Source: Candidatus Sumerlaeaceae bacterium
GTDB taxonomy: Bacteria > Sumerlaeota > Sumerlaeia > Sumerlaeales > Sumerlaeaceae
DNA: 64,000 nucleotides
Direction of reading: 5' to 3'
NCBI GenBank assembly: GCA_049968255.1
Contig: JBMFRB010000001.1
Span: 96,001-160,000, forward strand
Made by a program: the position numbers and the translations under genes. The notes below the pieces were generated by a model. The model was not told the DNA's origin, did no database searches, and saw only the letters and a program-made list of their open reading frames with translations. Positions 41,159 to 50,931 of the stretch are shown here, piece after piece. The stretch's first letter is position 1. Each line of letters opens with the position of its first letter.

Positions 41159-42451
41159 ATGAGCAGGGTGAATTGGATCGTTCATCTGGATGGGGATGCT
41201 TTCGCAGTGGCTGTGGAACGGCGGCGTGGGCGGGCACCGGCGGAGGGCGTTGCTGTGTTGGTGGGCAACGAAGCCGACGGGCGCGGCACGGTAAATTGCG
41301 CCTCCTATGAGGCAAGAGCGAGGGGGGTGAGCAATGGGGCTCCGCTGCGCTGGGCGATGTGGCGTTTGGGGAACAAGGCCGTGGTGGTGCCGCGCGATCT
41401 GCTCGCGTACGAGCAGGCTGCGCGGGAGGTGTTCGAGTGGCTACGCGGTACGGCACCTGTCGTGGAGATGATTGGCCTCGATGACTTCTTTCTTGATCTC
41501 ACGGGCTGCGATCGCTGGTGCGGCGGCGATGTGGCGCGATGGGTGACGAATCTTCTTTTGCGCATGCAGAGGAAACTAGGCCTGCCATTTTCGGGGGGCG
41601 TCGGCACAAACAAGATTGTGGCGAAGCTGGCAAGTCGTGTGGCCAAGCCGGCAGGAGTGACGACGGTTCCGCCGGGAGCGGAAGCGGAATTTTTGCGTCC
41701 GATGGCGGTAGGGACTGTGCCCCAACTCGAGCCGCAGGTCGTGCGCCAGCTTGAAGAACTCGGATGCAGGCGCGTGGAGGAGGCGTTGGCGTTGGGACGC
41801 GAACGGCTGTGCCTGCTTTTTGGCGACTCGCGTGGAGAACGGCTGTGGAGTATTCTTGAGGGCAAGTGGCACGAGCCTGTGCGCTCAACACATTTGGCTC
41901 CCCGCGTGGAGGCGGAATATCTTTTCGAGCCGGATACATGCATGCCGTCGCTGCTGGCAGCGGCTTTACGGTGGATGGTGGAAAAGGTAGCGTGGGAATT
42001 GCGCCAAGGTGGCCAGCGTTGTGCGGCACTGGTTTTCACAGGAATTTATTGCGACGGAGGAACGGTGCGTCGGTGCATGCGGCTAGCTTATCCCACGGAC
42101 CGCTCCCATGAGCTTGCGGACGTGGCGCGGCCGTGGGTGGAATTGATGCTCAAGCGGCGTGTGCGCGTGCGGCGCCTTCATCTCGAGGCCCGAGCGGAGG
42201 GTGGCGTCGTGATGGACGATTTCTTCGAGGAGCAGCGACTGAGGCGCACAAAACACCTTTACGAAGCAGCGGATCGCGTGCGGGAGCGCTATGGACTGGC
42301 CAGCCTTGTGAGTGCGGCTGCGTTGCCGGTGGTGTGGGAACTGAAAAAACAGGGCACCGCTTCAGGGCGCAGGAAAAAAGAAACCCCACGACAACGATGG
42401 GCGGTCAAAGGGGCAGAGGGAAAGGCGTCGGGCAAAAGGGAGACCCCATGA
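41159..42451 (+). CDS. Y-family DNA polymerase-like protein (DinB/ImuB type)
   Basis: IVHLDGDAFAVAVE, ASYEARARGV, EMIGLDDFFLD, GTNKIVAKLASRVAKPAG, DRVRERYG. Confidence 0.88.
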   Translation: MSRVNWIVHLDGDAFAVAVERRRGRAPAEGVAVLVGNEADGRGTVNCASYEARARGVSNGAPLRWAMWRLGNKAVVVPRDLLAYEQAAREVFEWLRGTAPVVEMIGLDDFFLDLTGCDRWCGGDVARWVTNLLLRMQRKLGLPFSGGVGTNKIVAKLASRVAKPAGVTTVPPGAEAEFLRPMAVGTVPQLEPQVVRQLEELGCRRVEEALALGRERLCLLFGDSRGERLWSILEGKWHEPVRSTHLAPRVEAEYLFEPDTCMPSLLAAALRWMVEKVAWELRQGGQRCAALVFTGIYCDGGTVRRCMRLAYPTDRSHELADVARPWVELMLKRRVRVRRLHLEARAEGGVVMDDFFEEQRLRRTKHLYEAADRVRERYGLASLVSAAALPVVWELKKQGTASGRRKKETPRQRWAVKGAEGKASGKRETP

Positions 42452-45400
42452 ACAGGAGCCAGGGAGAACGATTTGCGTTCGTCCATCTCCACGTCCACAG
42501 CTACTACAGCTTTTTTGCTTCTACCCTTTCGCCAGCGGACATTGTAGCGTGGGCGGCTGGCAAGAAACCGGTGTCGCCCCCTTGCACATCCTCCGAGGAG
42601 CCGATCGGAGATGTTCTTCCTCCGCCACGAAACAGGATTTTTGCTGCGGCTGAAGCTGAACAAGAGGAGGGCAAAGGTCGGACGGCAGTGGGAGGAGGGG
42701 CTATCGCGCTGACGGATACCAATGCAATGACTGGGGCCGTCGAGTTTTACCAGGCGGCACTGGCGGCTGGGATAAAACCTCTTCTTGGTGTGGAGCTCAC
42801 TCAGCCTTTGGCGCAGGAACGGGAACTTTTCCGTCGGCGTGTTGGCAGCGCGCTGCGGGTGCCTACCCAAGAATATGTGGCCGAAGAAGCAAGCGACGAG
42901 AACGACGGGAGTGGCTCGCAATCGCCGGCGCTGTGTCATGGCGACCTTGGCCGGCGCATTGTGGCTCTGGCACGCAATCTCGAGGGCTACCATGAGTTGT
43001 GCGAGCTGACCACTCAGCGGATGCTGGATCCTGACTTCGATTTGCTCCGCCACGCCGAGACCTTTAGCGGCAACGTGGTGGTGCTGAGCGATTGGCCAGA
43101 AGCTTTGGCGGCAATGCGTGAGCGGGAGGCTGGCACGACGTTTGGCCTCTTGGTTCCGGCACGGAGCCGACGCATACGCAACAGAAGTGTTTACGAGCAG
43201 TGCCGGCGGTTTGGTCTGCCTTGCGCGATGGGTGGCGACGTGCGCATGGCAAGGCCAGAGGATGCCCGGCTGCTGGCGCTGTTGCAAGCGATGCGTGAGC
43301 TGACGACGTTGGCACAAATCGAAGAACGCGGCGCCGTGCCCAGAGAAGAGGGTTTTTTGCAAACTGGCGAGCGGATTGCCGAGTTTTTTAGGCTGGGGCG
43401 TGGACACGCGCTGGAAAGGGATTTGCGCGAGGCGATGGCGAACACTGTGCGCATCGCAGAGATGTGCGATTGCCGGTTGCCGCTTCGCGAGTGGAAATTT
43501 CCGAAATTTGCTGAAGGCGCCACGAGCGGGATCGAGCGGCTGCGGGCGCTGGCAAACACCGGACTGCACCGACGCTATGGAACTCCTCCCCCACCGGAGG
43601 CGGTGCAGCGGCTGGCCCACGAACTGGAAATCATCGAGCGCCTTGGCTTCAGCGATTACTTTTTGCTCGTGCATCGCATTGTGGAGGAGGCGCGGCGTCG
43701 CGGATTTTTCACACTGGGGCGCGGGAGCGCGGCGAACTCGATCGTCACTTATGCGTTGGGGATTTCGCATGTGTGCCCGCTGCGCCACCGGCTGCACTTT
43801 GAACGTTTTCTGAATCCTGAGCGGAGTTCGCCCCCGGACATTGATCTGGATTTCTCGTGGCGCGAGCGCGACGAGATTCTGGAATGGTGCTTTGATTTTT
43901 TTGGGGCAGAGAAAGTGGCGCTGATTTCCACGATCCAGACGCTGCGCTTGCGGCAGGCGGTGCGCGAGGTAGGCAAAGCTTTGGGTCTGGCGTCGGAGGA
44001 ACTCAAGGGATTCAACCGGCTGAAAAGCGTAGGCTACGTGCTGGAGGAAAGGGAGAGTGAAGGAAAAGCCAGTGTACGTCGGCGAGAACTCGCAAGAGAG
44101 GAACCATGGCGGAGTATCTTGGCGTTGGCCCAACGCCTGACTGGATGGCCACGGCATCTTTCCATTCATTGCGGCGGTGTCGTCATTGCACCAGAGCCGG
44201 TGAGCCGATGGGTGCCCCTCACCCACAGTGCGAAAGGGTTTGTGATCACGCAAATGGACATGGTGGCAGTGGAGGAGCTGGGGCTGGTGAAAATGGACTT
44301 GTTGAGTAATCGCTCGCTGGGGGTGCTGAAGGACGCCCTGATGGCCGTGCAAGTGCGCGAGGAAGAATTTTCAAGAAGGCGCGCACGCGAGGGAAACGTG
44401 GAAAATGCCGTGGCGCAACCGGGCGGGGACGAGTGGGGAGGAAAAATTGGATGCGGCCAAGCGAGGAATTGCGAAAGCGGCGACGAGAGCTGCAAAGCGG
44501 TGGAGCAAACGAACGAGAAGCGGGCGGCCGTGCTAGCGCATGAAGCAGCTCGGATGAAACTGGCTGGCACACGCCGCGGCACAAGTGTGGCGCTAGCAGG
44601 ATTGCTTGAGCAATTCGAGGAAGAATTGCCCGCCACGCAACGAACTCCTGCTATCGACGGGAAAAGAGTGCGAGAGATTGTGTTCGATCTCGAGGCTATC
44701 AGCGGTGATCCCGCGACGCGCGCGCTCATCCACGAAGGAAGAACCATGGGGTGCTTTTATATCGAGTCGCCTGGGATGCGTGCGCTTTTCGAACGGCTGC
44801 GTTGCAAGGAGTTCGCAGAAGTGGTGGCGGCAAGCTCAATCATTCGGCCTGGGGTGGCGGAGAGCGGGATGATGGAAGAATATATTGCGCGACATCGGGG
44901 CGAGGCTCGAGGTTCGTCGGTACATTTTCCACGCGTGCAGGCCCTGCTGAGGCAGCTTCTGCCCGAAACGTATGGTGTGATGGTCTATCAGGAGGATGTG
45001 CTGCTCGTGGCCCATGAAGTGGCGGGAATGACGTACGGTGAGGCGGATTTGCTGCGGCGGGCAATGAGCGGAAAAACGCGCTCAGGCGAGGCAATGGAGG
45101 CTGCACGGGAGCGCTTCGTGCACGGAGCCAGGAAACGCCACGGGCTCACACGCGAGGAAGCGAACGAAATCTGGCGTCAGGTGGCGAGTTTCGCAGGATA
45201 TTCTTTTTGCAAAGGGCATTCGGCAGCTTTTGCAGTGCTGAGTTATCAAGTGGCTTACCTGAAAGCGCATCATCCGGCGGAGTTTTTTGCAGCCGTGCTG
45301 GACAATGGCGGAGGTTTTTATGGGCCGCAGGCGTATTTAGAGGAGGCGCGACGGTGGGGCTTGAGGACGCTAGGCCCTTGCGTGAACGAGGGCGATGTCC

Positions 45401-46221
45401 ACTTCCGCGGGTGCACGGAGCGCGTGAGGAACTTGAGGGCAGAAGGATGGGTGCGCGTGGGGTTGAGCGCTGTGAGCGAAGTGAGCCGGGAGACGTGTCG
45501 GCGCATCGTGGCAGAGTGCAAGCGGGGCGGTCGATTCACGTCGCTCCAGGATTTTCTCACACGCGTGAGGCTTGAGCCTCAGGAGGCGCGTCAACTGATT
45601 CGGGCAGGCGCGCTCGACAGCCTGCAGGCGATCGCCCCTCCATTTCTCTCGGCGCGCCAACGCTGCCAACTGCGCCAGGACTTTCTCATCGAACTGGAAA
45701 TTCTTTTACGCGATTATGCTCCACGGCGGACAGAGGAAAAATGTCTTGCACTTGGAATGGAGCAAGACTTCGAGCGACACAACATAGCAAAGATGCGCCC
45801 GCGAGCAGGCATGCCCCTGAGCGAGTTCGAGGCTCACGGACGCTTGTGCCAGTGGGAAATGGAAACATTGGGCTTTATGGTGAGCGGACATCCCCTGGAT
45901 TTCGTGACTACTCCGCGTGGCACGATCGCTGCACGCGAGATTCGGCGCTATGCGGGACAACGCGTGCAGATGGTGGGGTGGGCCATCGCAGCTAAAGAAC
46001 TCGCGGCATCGAATTCGGGCCGGCCAATGAAGATGCTCACCCTCGAGGATCGTACAGATACGTTCGAAGCTGTGCTGTTTCCCCCGGTATATGCGAGGCT
46101 GGCCCCACGAACGCTGAGCTGCGGCCCCTATCTCGTGCGGGGACGTGTGGACATGCGCCTAGGCTCTCCCACCCTCGAGGTCGAGAATCTCGAAATCCTA
46201 CCGATGCTGCTGAGGCAATGA
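42448..46221 (+). CDS. dnaE2: Error-prone DNA polymerase III alpha subunit (DnaE2/ImuC type)
   Basis: PHP motif FVHLHVHSYYSF, GRGSAANS, PPDIDLDF, RHLSIHCGG, LVKMDLL, YSFCKGHSAAF, C-terminal OB fold. The start overlaps the upstream stop (ATGA). Confidence 0.9.
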   Translation: MNRSQGERFAFVHLHVHSYYSFFASTLSPADIVAWAAGKKPVSPPCTSSEEPIGDVLPPPRNRIFAAAEAEQEEGKGRTAVGGGAIALTDTNAMTGAVEFYQAALAAGIKPLLGVELTQPLAQERELFRRRVGSALRVPTQEYVAEEASDENDGSGSQSPALCHGDLGRRIVALARNLEGYHELCELTTQRMLDPDFDLLRHAETFSGNVVVLSDWPEALAAMREREAGTTFGLLVPARSRRIRNRSVYEQCRRFGLPCAMGGDVRMARPEDARLLALLQAMRELTTLAQIEERGAVPREEGFLQTGERIAEFFRLGRGHALERDLREAMANTVRIAEMCDCRLPLREWKFPKFAEGATSGIERLRALANTGLHRRYGTPPPPEAVQRLAHELEIIERLGFSDYFLLVHRIVEEARRRGFFTLGRGSAANSIVTYALGISHVCPLRHRLHFERFLNPERSSPPDIDLDFSWRERDEILEWCFDFFGAEKVALISTIQTLRLRQAVREVGKALGLASEELKGFNRLKSVGYVLEERESEGKASVRRRELAREEPWRSILALAQRLTGWPRHLSIHCGGVVIAPEPVSRWVPLTHSAKGFVITQMDMVAVEELGLVKMDLLSNRSLGVLKDALMAVQVREEEFSRRRAREGNVENAVAQPGGDEWGGKIGCGQARNCESGDESCKAVEQTNEKRAAVLAHEAARMKLAGTRRGTSVALAGLLEQFEEELPATQRTPAIDGKRVREIVFDLEAISGDPATRALIHEGRTMGCFYIESPGMRALFERLRCKEFAEVVAASSIIRPGVAESGMMEEYIARHRGEARGSSVHFPRVQALLRQLLPETYGVMVYQEDVLLVAHEVAGMTYGEADLLRRAMSGKTRSGEAMEAARERFVHGARKRHGLTREEANEIWRQVASFAGYSFCKGHSAAFAVLSYQVAYLKAHHPAEFFAAVLDNGGGFYGPQAYLEEARRWGLRTLGPCVNEGDVHFRGCTERVRNLRAEGWVRVGLSAVSEVSRETCRRIVAECKRGGRFTSLQDFLTRVRLEPQEARQLIRAGALDSLQAIAPPFLSARQRCQLRQDFLIELEILLRDYAPRRTEEKCLALGMEQDFERHNIAKMRPRAGMPLSEFEAHGRLCQWEMETLGFMVSGHPLDFVTTPRGTIAAREIRRYAGQRVQMVGWAIAAKELAASNSGRPMKMLTLEDRTDTFEAVLFPPVYARLAPRTLSCGPYLVRGRVDMRLGSPTLEVENLEILPMLLRQ

Positions 46222-46267
46222 GAATGGGCCAAGCGGAGCCGAAACTTTCGCGCCACGACAGCACGCA

Positions 46268-46293
46268 GGACAAGAACTTTGGACAAGAACTTT
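46268..46293 (+). repeat. 13-bp tandem duplication (GGACAAGAACTTT x2) in the dnaE2-comM spacer
   Basis: Read directly from the sequence. Confidence 0.6.
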
Positions 46294-46575
46294 GCAAGAT
46301 GCAAAAAATGCGCGTGTGCAGAGCAACTCAACTAAGTACCAGCTCGGAAAGGGTTCACGAACACTCGCTGCAAAGGTTTTGGCTCATCACGTGACTAAAT
46401 TGCCTTCAACAGCACCTTCTGCTCGCGACACAATCATCACCGCCGTTACTGGCCTCTGCAGCGGATCAACACCCGAAAGCGAGCGCGCAAGTCCATAGCG
46501 TTTTTGCTTGTCAAAAGGCTGAACGAGCGCGGATTGATTCTGTCACAAACGCAGGAGAAGGACTTCCCGACTCGC

Positions 46576-48111
46576 ATGCTCGCCAAAGCTTTCAGCCAAG
46601 CGGTGTACGGCATCGACGCATTCCTCGTGGAAGTGGAGGTAGACGTCACACCAGGCGAGTATGCCTTCAACATCGTAGGACTGCCGGACGCCGCGGTCAA
46701 GGAGAGCAAAGATCGGGTGCGGGCAGCGCTGCAGAATTCCAATTTTTTCTGTCCGGTGCGACGCATCACGGTGAATCTTGCGCCGGCCGACATGCGCAAG
46801 GAGGGGCCATCGCTTGATTTGCCTATTGCGCTGGCACTGCTGGGCGCACTCGAGCGAGTGAACACAGAGCGACTGAGCGAAGTCTGCGTGGTGGGCGAGC
46901 TGTCGCTCGATGGCGCGGTGAAGGGAGTCGCAGGAATTCTACCAATCACGCTGGGCGCTCGGGCGTCGGGCTATCGCGCGATCCTCGTGCCCGAGGATAA
47001 CGCGGCCGAAGCGGCCGTGGTCGACGGGATTAATGTGTACCCAGTGGGCTCGCTGAGTGCGGCTGTGAATTTTCTCAATGGCCACAACATGTTGGCGCCA
47101 TTTCGGGTGAATTTGAATGAGGTGTTTCGACGTAGCGCGCGCTACAGCGCGGACTTTGCCGACGTGAAAGGTCAGGAAGGAGCGAAGCGTGCGCTCGAGA
47201 TCGCGGCCGCTGGTGGACACAACGTGCTGATGATTGGCCCGCCAGGCAGCGGTAAGACAATGCTGGCCAAGCGCTTGCCCTCGATCCTGCCCGACATGAC
47301 ACTGGACGAAAGCATCGAGACGACGAAAATCCATTCGATTGCCGGTCTCGTAAATGTACGCGAGTCGCTTGTCGCGACTCGGCCGTTTCGCTCGCCACAT
47401 CACACAATCAGTAACATTGCGATGATTGGTGGCGGGGCGGTGCCGCGCCCGGGTGAGGTGTCGCTAGCACATAATGGAGTGCTGTTTCTTGACGAAATGC
47501 CTGAATTTCAGCGAACGGTGCTGGAAGTGCTGCGTCAGCCGCTGGAGGACGGTGTGGTGAATATCTCGCGCGCGTCCATGAGCCTGAGTTTCCCCGCGCG
47601 CTTCATCCTTTGCGGAAGCATGAATCCGTGTCCGTGCGGATACTCGACCGATCCTATCCGCGTATGCAAATGTTCACCGCAGCAAATCCAGAAATATCGA
47701 GCCAAACTGAGCGGGCCGTTGCTCGACCGTATTGATCTGCACATTGAAGTACCGGCCGTGAGCGTGGCAGAGCTGGCCCGGCGCGATCGCGCGGGCGAAC
47801 CGAGTGAAGCAATACGCATGCGAGTGAACGAAGCGCGCAAGCGCCAGCAAGAACGCTACAGAGATCTGCCACACATCCATTGCAACGCGCACTTGGGGGC
47901 GCGCGAACTGAAGAAATTTTGCGTGCTTAGCGATAAGGCCCAGGACATGTTGGTGACGGCGCTCAAGACCCTCGGCCTAAGCGCACGAGCGTACGACCGG
48001 ATTATCAAAGTGGCGCGGACAATCGCAGATCTGGGAGGAGCCGACACCATCGACACCCTTCACGTGGCAGAGGCCATCGGCTATCGATCGCTCGACCGTT
48101 CCGTTGTGTAG
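46576..48111 (+). CDS. comM: YifB/ComM family Mg-chelatase-like AAA+ ATPase
   Basis: IVGLPDAAVKESKDRV, ITVNLAPAD, GPPGSGKT, RPFRSPHH, GEVSLAHNGVLFLDE, MNPCPCG. Confidence 0.93.
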   Translation: MLAKAFSQAVYGIDAFLVEVEVDVTPGEYAFNIVGLPDAAVKESKDRVRAALQNSNFFCPVRRITVNLAPADMRKEGPSLDLPIALALLGALERVNTERLSEVCVVGELSLDGAVKGVAGILPITLGARASGYRAILVPEDNAAEAAVVDGINVYPVGSLSAAVNFLNGHNMLAPFRVNLNEVFRRSARYSADFADVKGQEGAKRALEIAAAGGHNVLMIGPPGSGKTMLAKRLPSILPDMTLDESIETTKIHSIAGLVNVRESLVATRPFRSPHHTISNIAMIGGGAVPRPGEVSLAHNGVLFLDEMPEFQRTVLEVLRQPLEDGVVNISRASMSLSFPARFILCGSMNPCPCGYSTDPIRVCKCSPQQIQKYRAKLSGPLLDRIDLHIEVPAVSVAELARRDRAGEPSEAIRMRVNEARKRQQERYRDLPHIHCNAHLGARELKKFCVLSDKAQDMLVTALKTLGLSARAYDRIIKVARTIADLGGADTIDTLHVAEAIGYRSLDRSVV

Positions 48112-48292
48112 ACTCAACTGCCCTGGCCGCGGGACTTTTCGATTCTTGCGAAGCCGAGCCCCGTTTCGCAGAATCTTGCCGAATGCACCCACCATGACCG
48201 GTATAAGAGGCTGCCCCCCGTTCATCATCTCAGCATTGTCTCGACCACAACCACATCCCACGGACTTAGTTGAACGTGGAATATGCGCAAAA

Positions 48293-48694
48293 TCACAACC
48301 AGCGACGCGTCAGCCCGATTCCAACATGCACCGCGATAAGCCCGGCGAACAAGCTGCCAAAGATATTCATTAGCCCCAAGAGCCAGCTGCCTTCGTTAAA
48401 AAGGCTATGCGTTTCGTACTCGAAGGTGGAAAATGTGGTGTAGGAACCGATGAAACCTATGCAGATGAGAAAGATCATGGGGCGGCTGTGAGGCACAAGT
48501 CCTGCTTGAAGGATAGGGAGCAAAAAGCCGAGGACGAAGCTGCCCGTGATATTTACCCAGAAGGTGCCGTAGGGGAAAATTGGGCCAAAGAGCTGGTTCA
48601 TCCATGATGCGAAAACGAATCGGGCATTAGCACCGAGAAAGCCACCCAATCCAACAAGGAAGTAAGGCATGAGAGCTTTCATCATTTTCTCCAT
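48293..48694 (-). CDS. crcB: Fluoride efflux channel CrcB/FluC
   Basis: LVGLGGFLGANAR, FPYGTFWVNITGSF, GFIGSYTTFSTF. Confidence 0.95.
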   Translation of the reverse strand: MEKMMKALMPYFLVGLGGFLGANARFVFASWMNQLFGPIFPYGTFWVNITGSFVLGFLLPILQAGLVPHSRPMIFLICIGFIGSYTTFSTFEYETHSLFNEGSWLLGLMNIFGSLFAGLIAVHVGIGLTRRWL

Positions 48695-48719
48695 GAGTGT
48701 TTTTCAGAAGTGATCAGGG

Positions 48720-49070
48720 CTATTTGGGGTCGGATTCCGCCACGTATTTGACGACTTGAACAGCCTCAAGGGTGACAAGGCCGTTGGTGATCATTTCATC
48801 GATAATTGGCAGGAAGGACTCGATCTTGTCCTTGCTGTCAATAATCTCGACAACGATGGGTAGGTCAGGCGAGAGCTCGACGAATTTCGCCGCGCGCAGT
48901 CGACTATTCTTGCCAAACCCCATGATGCCTTTGAAAACGGTGGCTCCAGCAAGCCGCATCTCACGCGCCTTGTAGACAATGGCCTCGTGCAAAGCGTGGT
49001 TGCCGTAGCTATCGGAATCGCCAATGTAGATGCGCAGCAGTATTCCTTCTTCTGGCAGCTTGTGGGTCAT
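48720..49070 (-). CDS. DUF190 (PII-like) protein
   Basis: LLRIYIGDSD..AGATVFKGIMGFG..LSPDLPIVVEIIDS. Confidence 0.9.
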   Translation of the reverse strand: MTHKLPEEGILLRIYIGDSDSYGNHALHEAIVYKAREMRLAGATVFKGIMGFGKNSRLRAAKFVELSPDLPIVVEIIDSKDKIESFLPIIDEMITNGLVTLEAVQVVKYVAESDPK

Positions 49071-49417
49071 ATTTTGTTTCCTTTCTGGTCGCGGCGATAG
49101 ATGAGCACGTGTGCCCTCTCCGTCGTCACGATGACGTTGCGAAGCATGGGTTCGATTTCGGCGAGGAATGCCTCAATATTTTCGCGTGTATCCACGATTT
49201 CCACGGTGACCTCGTGATCGTTGACAAGGGCCCAGCGACGTTCTTTGAGAATAATGCCGCTCATGCCGAATCCCTCAAGGGCACGCAACACGGTGGCGCC
49301 GGCAAGGCCACGCTGCCGTGCCTTGTCTACTATCACTTCGAAGAGTGGCCGGAAATGCCACTTCTGAAACGAATCTATGAAGATCCGCAACAGGACCTGT
49401 TCACCCTCGAGTTTCAT
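49067..49417 (-). CDS. DUF190 (PII-like) protein, second copy
   Basis: MKLEGEQVLLRIFID..GLAGATVLRALEGFG..VEIVDT. Confidence 0.88.
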   Translation of the reverse strand: MKLEGEQVLLRIFIDSFQKWHFRPLFEVIVDKARQRGLAGATVLRALEGFGMSGIILKERRWALVNDHEVTVEIVDTRENIEAFLAEIEPMLRNVIVTTERAHVLIYRRDQKGNKI

Positions 49418-49440
49418 TGTTCGCCCATTCTTTAAAGTTT

Positions 49441-50270
49441 CTATGGCAAATGTAAAAGGAACGTGATTCGGTTCTGCAAGAGCTGTGCACGCGCCTCGCA
49501 CCCTTGCTGTTCGATGCGAGGTGCGGACTCGATGGTCTCGCGCCCGTAACCGGATAGAGATGAACGTTTTTCCTCTTGAAGAATTTGCGCGGGCAGGCGG
49601 CGGTTGTAATCAATAATCTGCGATAGCTCGAAACGAGGCAGAACCACTTTGGCTAGCATCGCGATGCGGCGCAGCACAATTGCGGCAACCCTCCGCAAAA
49701 ACGTTTCTTCCATTCTCTTCTTAAGAAGTGGGTCCGGGGAAAGCACGAAGAGGGCGGCGTCGCAGTGCGATAAGACATTCACAGGGGAGGCGGTGTGGTG
49801 CAGAAGAACAGAACTGGGGCCGGGGTAGCAATGAGACAGCCCACGGGAGGAAGGATATCGAACTGAAGAAACATTTCAACATGCCCCGAGGCCGAGACAA
49901 TCCTCGTTTTTTCGACCTTAGCCATATGGTGGGCAATCTCTAAAATGCCGTGTTGTTCCGTGTGGCCATTGAGGCATTGCAGAAAAAGTCGCTCTGGCGT
50001 CCCTTGGCAAAGAAAGGTGGTAACCACGGTGAGGGGCACCCGAGGCCTCGGAAGGATGGCACGCCCATCAGGAGCATTTACGAGGCTACTTTTGCCGCGC
50101 TTGAATTGGCCGAGAATCGCTAGATAACATGCTCGTGTGCACCGGCGCTGTAGGAGAGTTTGTCACCTCTTTCGATCAGCATCGGAGAGGAGCAAGTCGC
50201 AGAACTTCGCGAAGACCGCCAGTTCGTCCTCTGGCAAACATTCTGGTCGGCCGGAGATAGCTTTCTGCAT
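49441..50270 (-). pseudogene. Degraded dynamin-family GTPase
   Basis: Manual translation from the ATG at 50270 hits an in-frame TGA at 50163-50165, then continues LAILGQFKRGKSSLVNA (G1 P-loop), LPRPRVPLT (G2) and LIATP (decayed DTPG). After a frameshift near 49820 it reads CDAALFVLSPDP. The helical C-terminal half is absent. Confidence 0.8.
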
Positions 50271-50272
50271 CT

Positions 50273-50929
50273 TTAGGGCTGCGCTACGTCGGAAATATCT
50301 GTTCCAGTGAAGAAATCAAGGCATTCAGCCCAGACGGGATCTTTGGCACTGCTAGACTGCTCGTGCTCCAAAGTTGCATTCTGTGCCTCGGCAAAAGCTC
50401 TCACTCGCTGGTGCAGACTCTCCAACCGGGCTCGGACTATGCTCGCGAGGACGCGGCGGACTTCTTTGTTTTTTCGTCCCATCGCGAGCTGGGCCAGCTG
50501 CCGATAATGCGGGAAGCAAATTGTCGGCGCTTGCTGCAAATACTCCTGAATCTCAGGCTCATCGAAATTGTCGAGGAACGTGCCCATGCTCGTGGCTAGG
50601 CTCTGCGCGACATAACGACACGCAGGACAGTCCTCCTTGGGCATCGCGAACAAATCACGCTCGTCGGCTTTGATGAGCTCGTCGAGAAGCGTTTCGTGGA
50701 GCAGAGCCACGCCGAGAGGATCTCCTAAACGCCGCACGAGGCGTGTATGCTCACGGCAGAATCCGCGCGCGGATGCCACCTGACGACGCACTGATGGATC
50801 GTTGACGAATTCATAGAATGTCGTTTCGAGGTAGCGTTGGCCCGCTCCTGTTGCTATGCGGCAAAACGGACAACCGGTGCGGCGCAGCGTGTCTAAAAGA
50901 TTGTAAAAAGGCGTGTGGCGAAATCCCAT
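50273..50929 (-). CDS. DUF6062-like Cys-rich protein
   Basis: GCPFCR..YEFVNDPSVR..RGFCREH..CPAC..ICFPH (duplicated CPxC / CxxH pattern). Confidence 0.7.
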   Translation of the reverse strand: MGFRHTPFYNLLDTLRRTGCPFCRIATGAGQRYLETTFYEFVNDPSVRRQVASARGFCREHTRLVRRLGDPLGVALLHETLLDELIKADERDLFAMPKEDCPACRYVAQSLATSMGTFLDNFDEPEIQEYLQQAPTICFPHYRQLAQLAMGRKNKEVRRVLASIVRARLESLHQRVRAFAEAQNATLEHEQSSSAKDPVWAECLDFFTGTDISDVAQP

Positions 50930-50931
50930 CG

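Noticed and set aside
42133-42447. N-terminal extension of DnaE2 in the ORF track
   Set aside because: It overlaps the Y-family gene. The ATG at 42448 (ATGA coupling) directly precedes the PHP motif.
42289-44352. 687-aa minus-strand ORF
   Set aside because: It is an antisense shadow of dnaE2.
44341-44700. Possible intein in DnaE2
   Set aside because: No Cys/Ser start block, no His-Asn followed by Cys/Ser/Thr at the end, and no LAGLIDADG motif.
46268-46293. 13-bp tandem repeat as a target-site duplication
   Set aside because: No transposase or terminal inverted repeats are nearby; a slippage duplication is more likely.
50163-50165. In-frame TGA in the dynamin gene as selenocysteine or read-through
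   Set aside because: The gene also has a frameshift, decayed GTPase motifs and a truncation, so it is a pseudogene.
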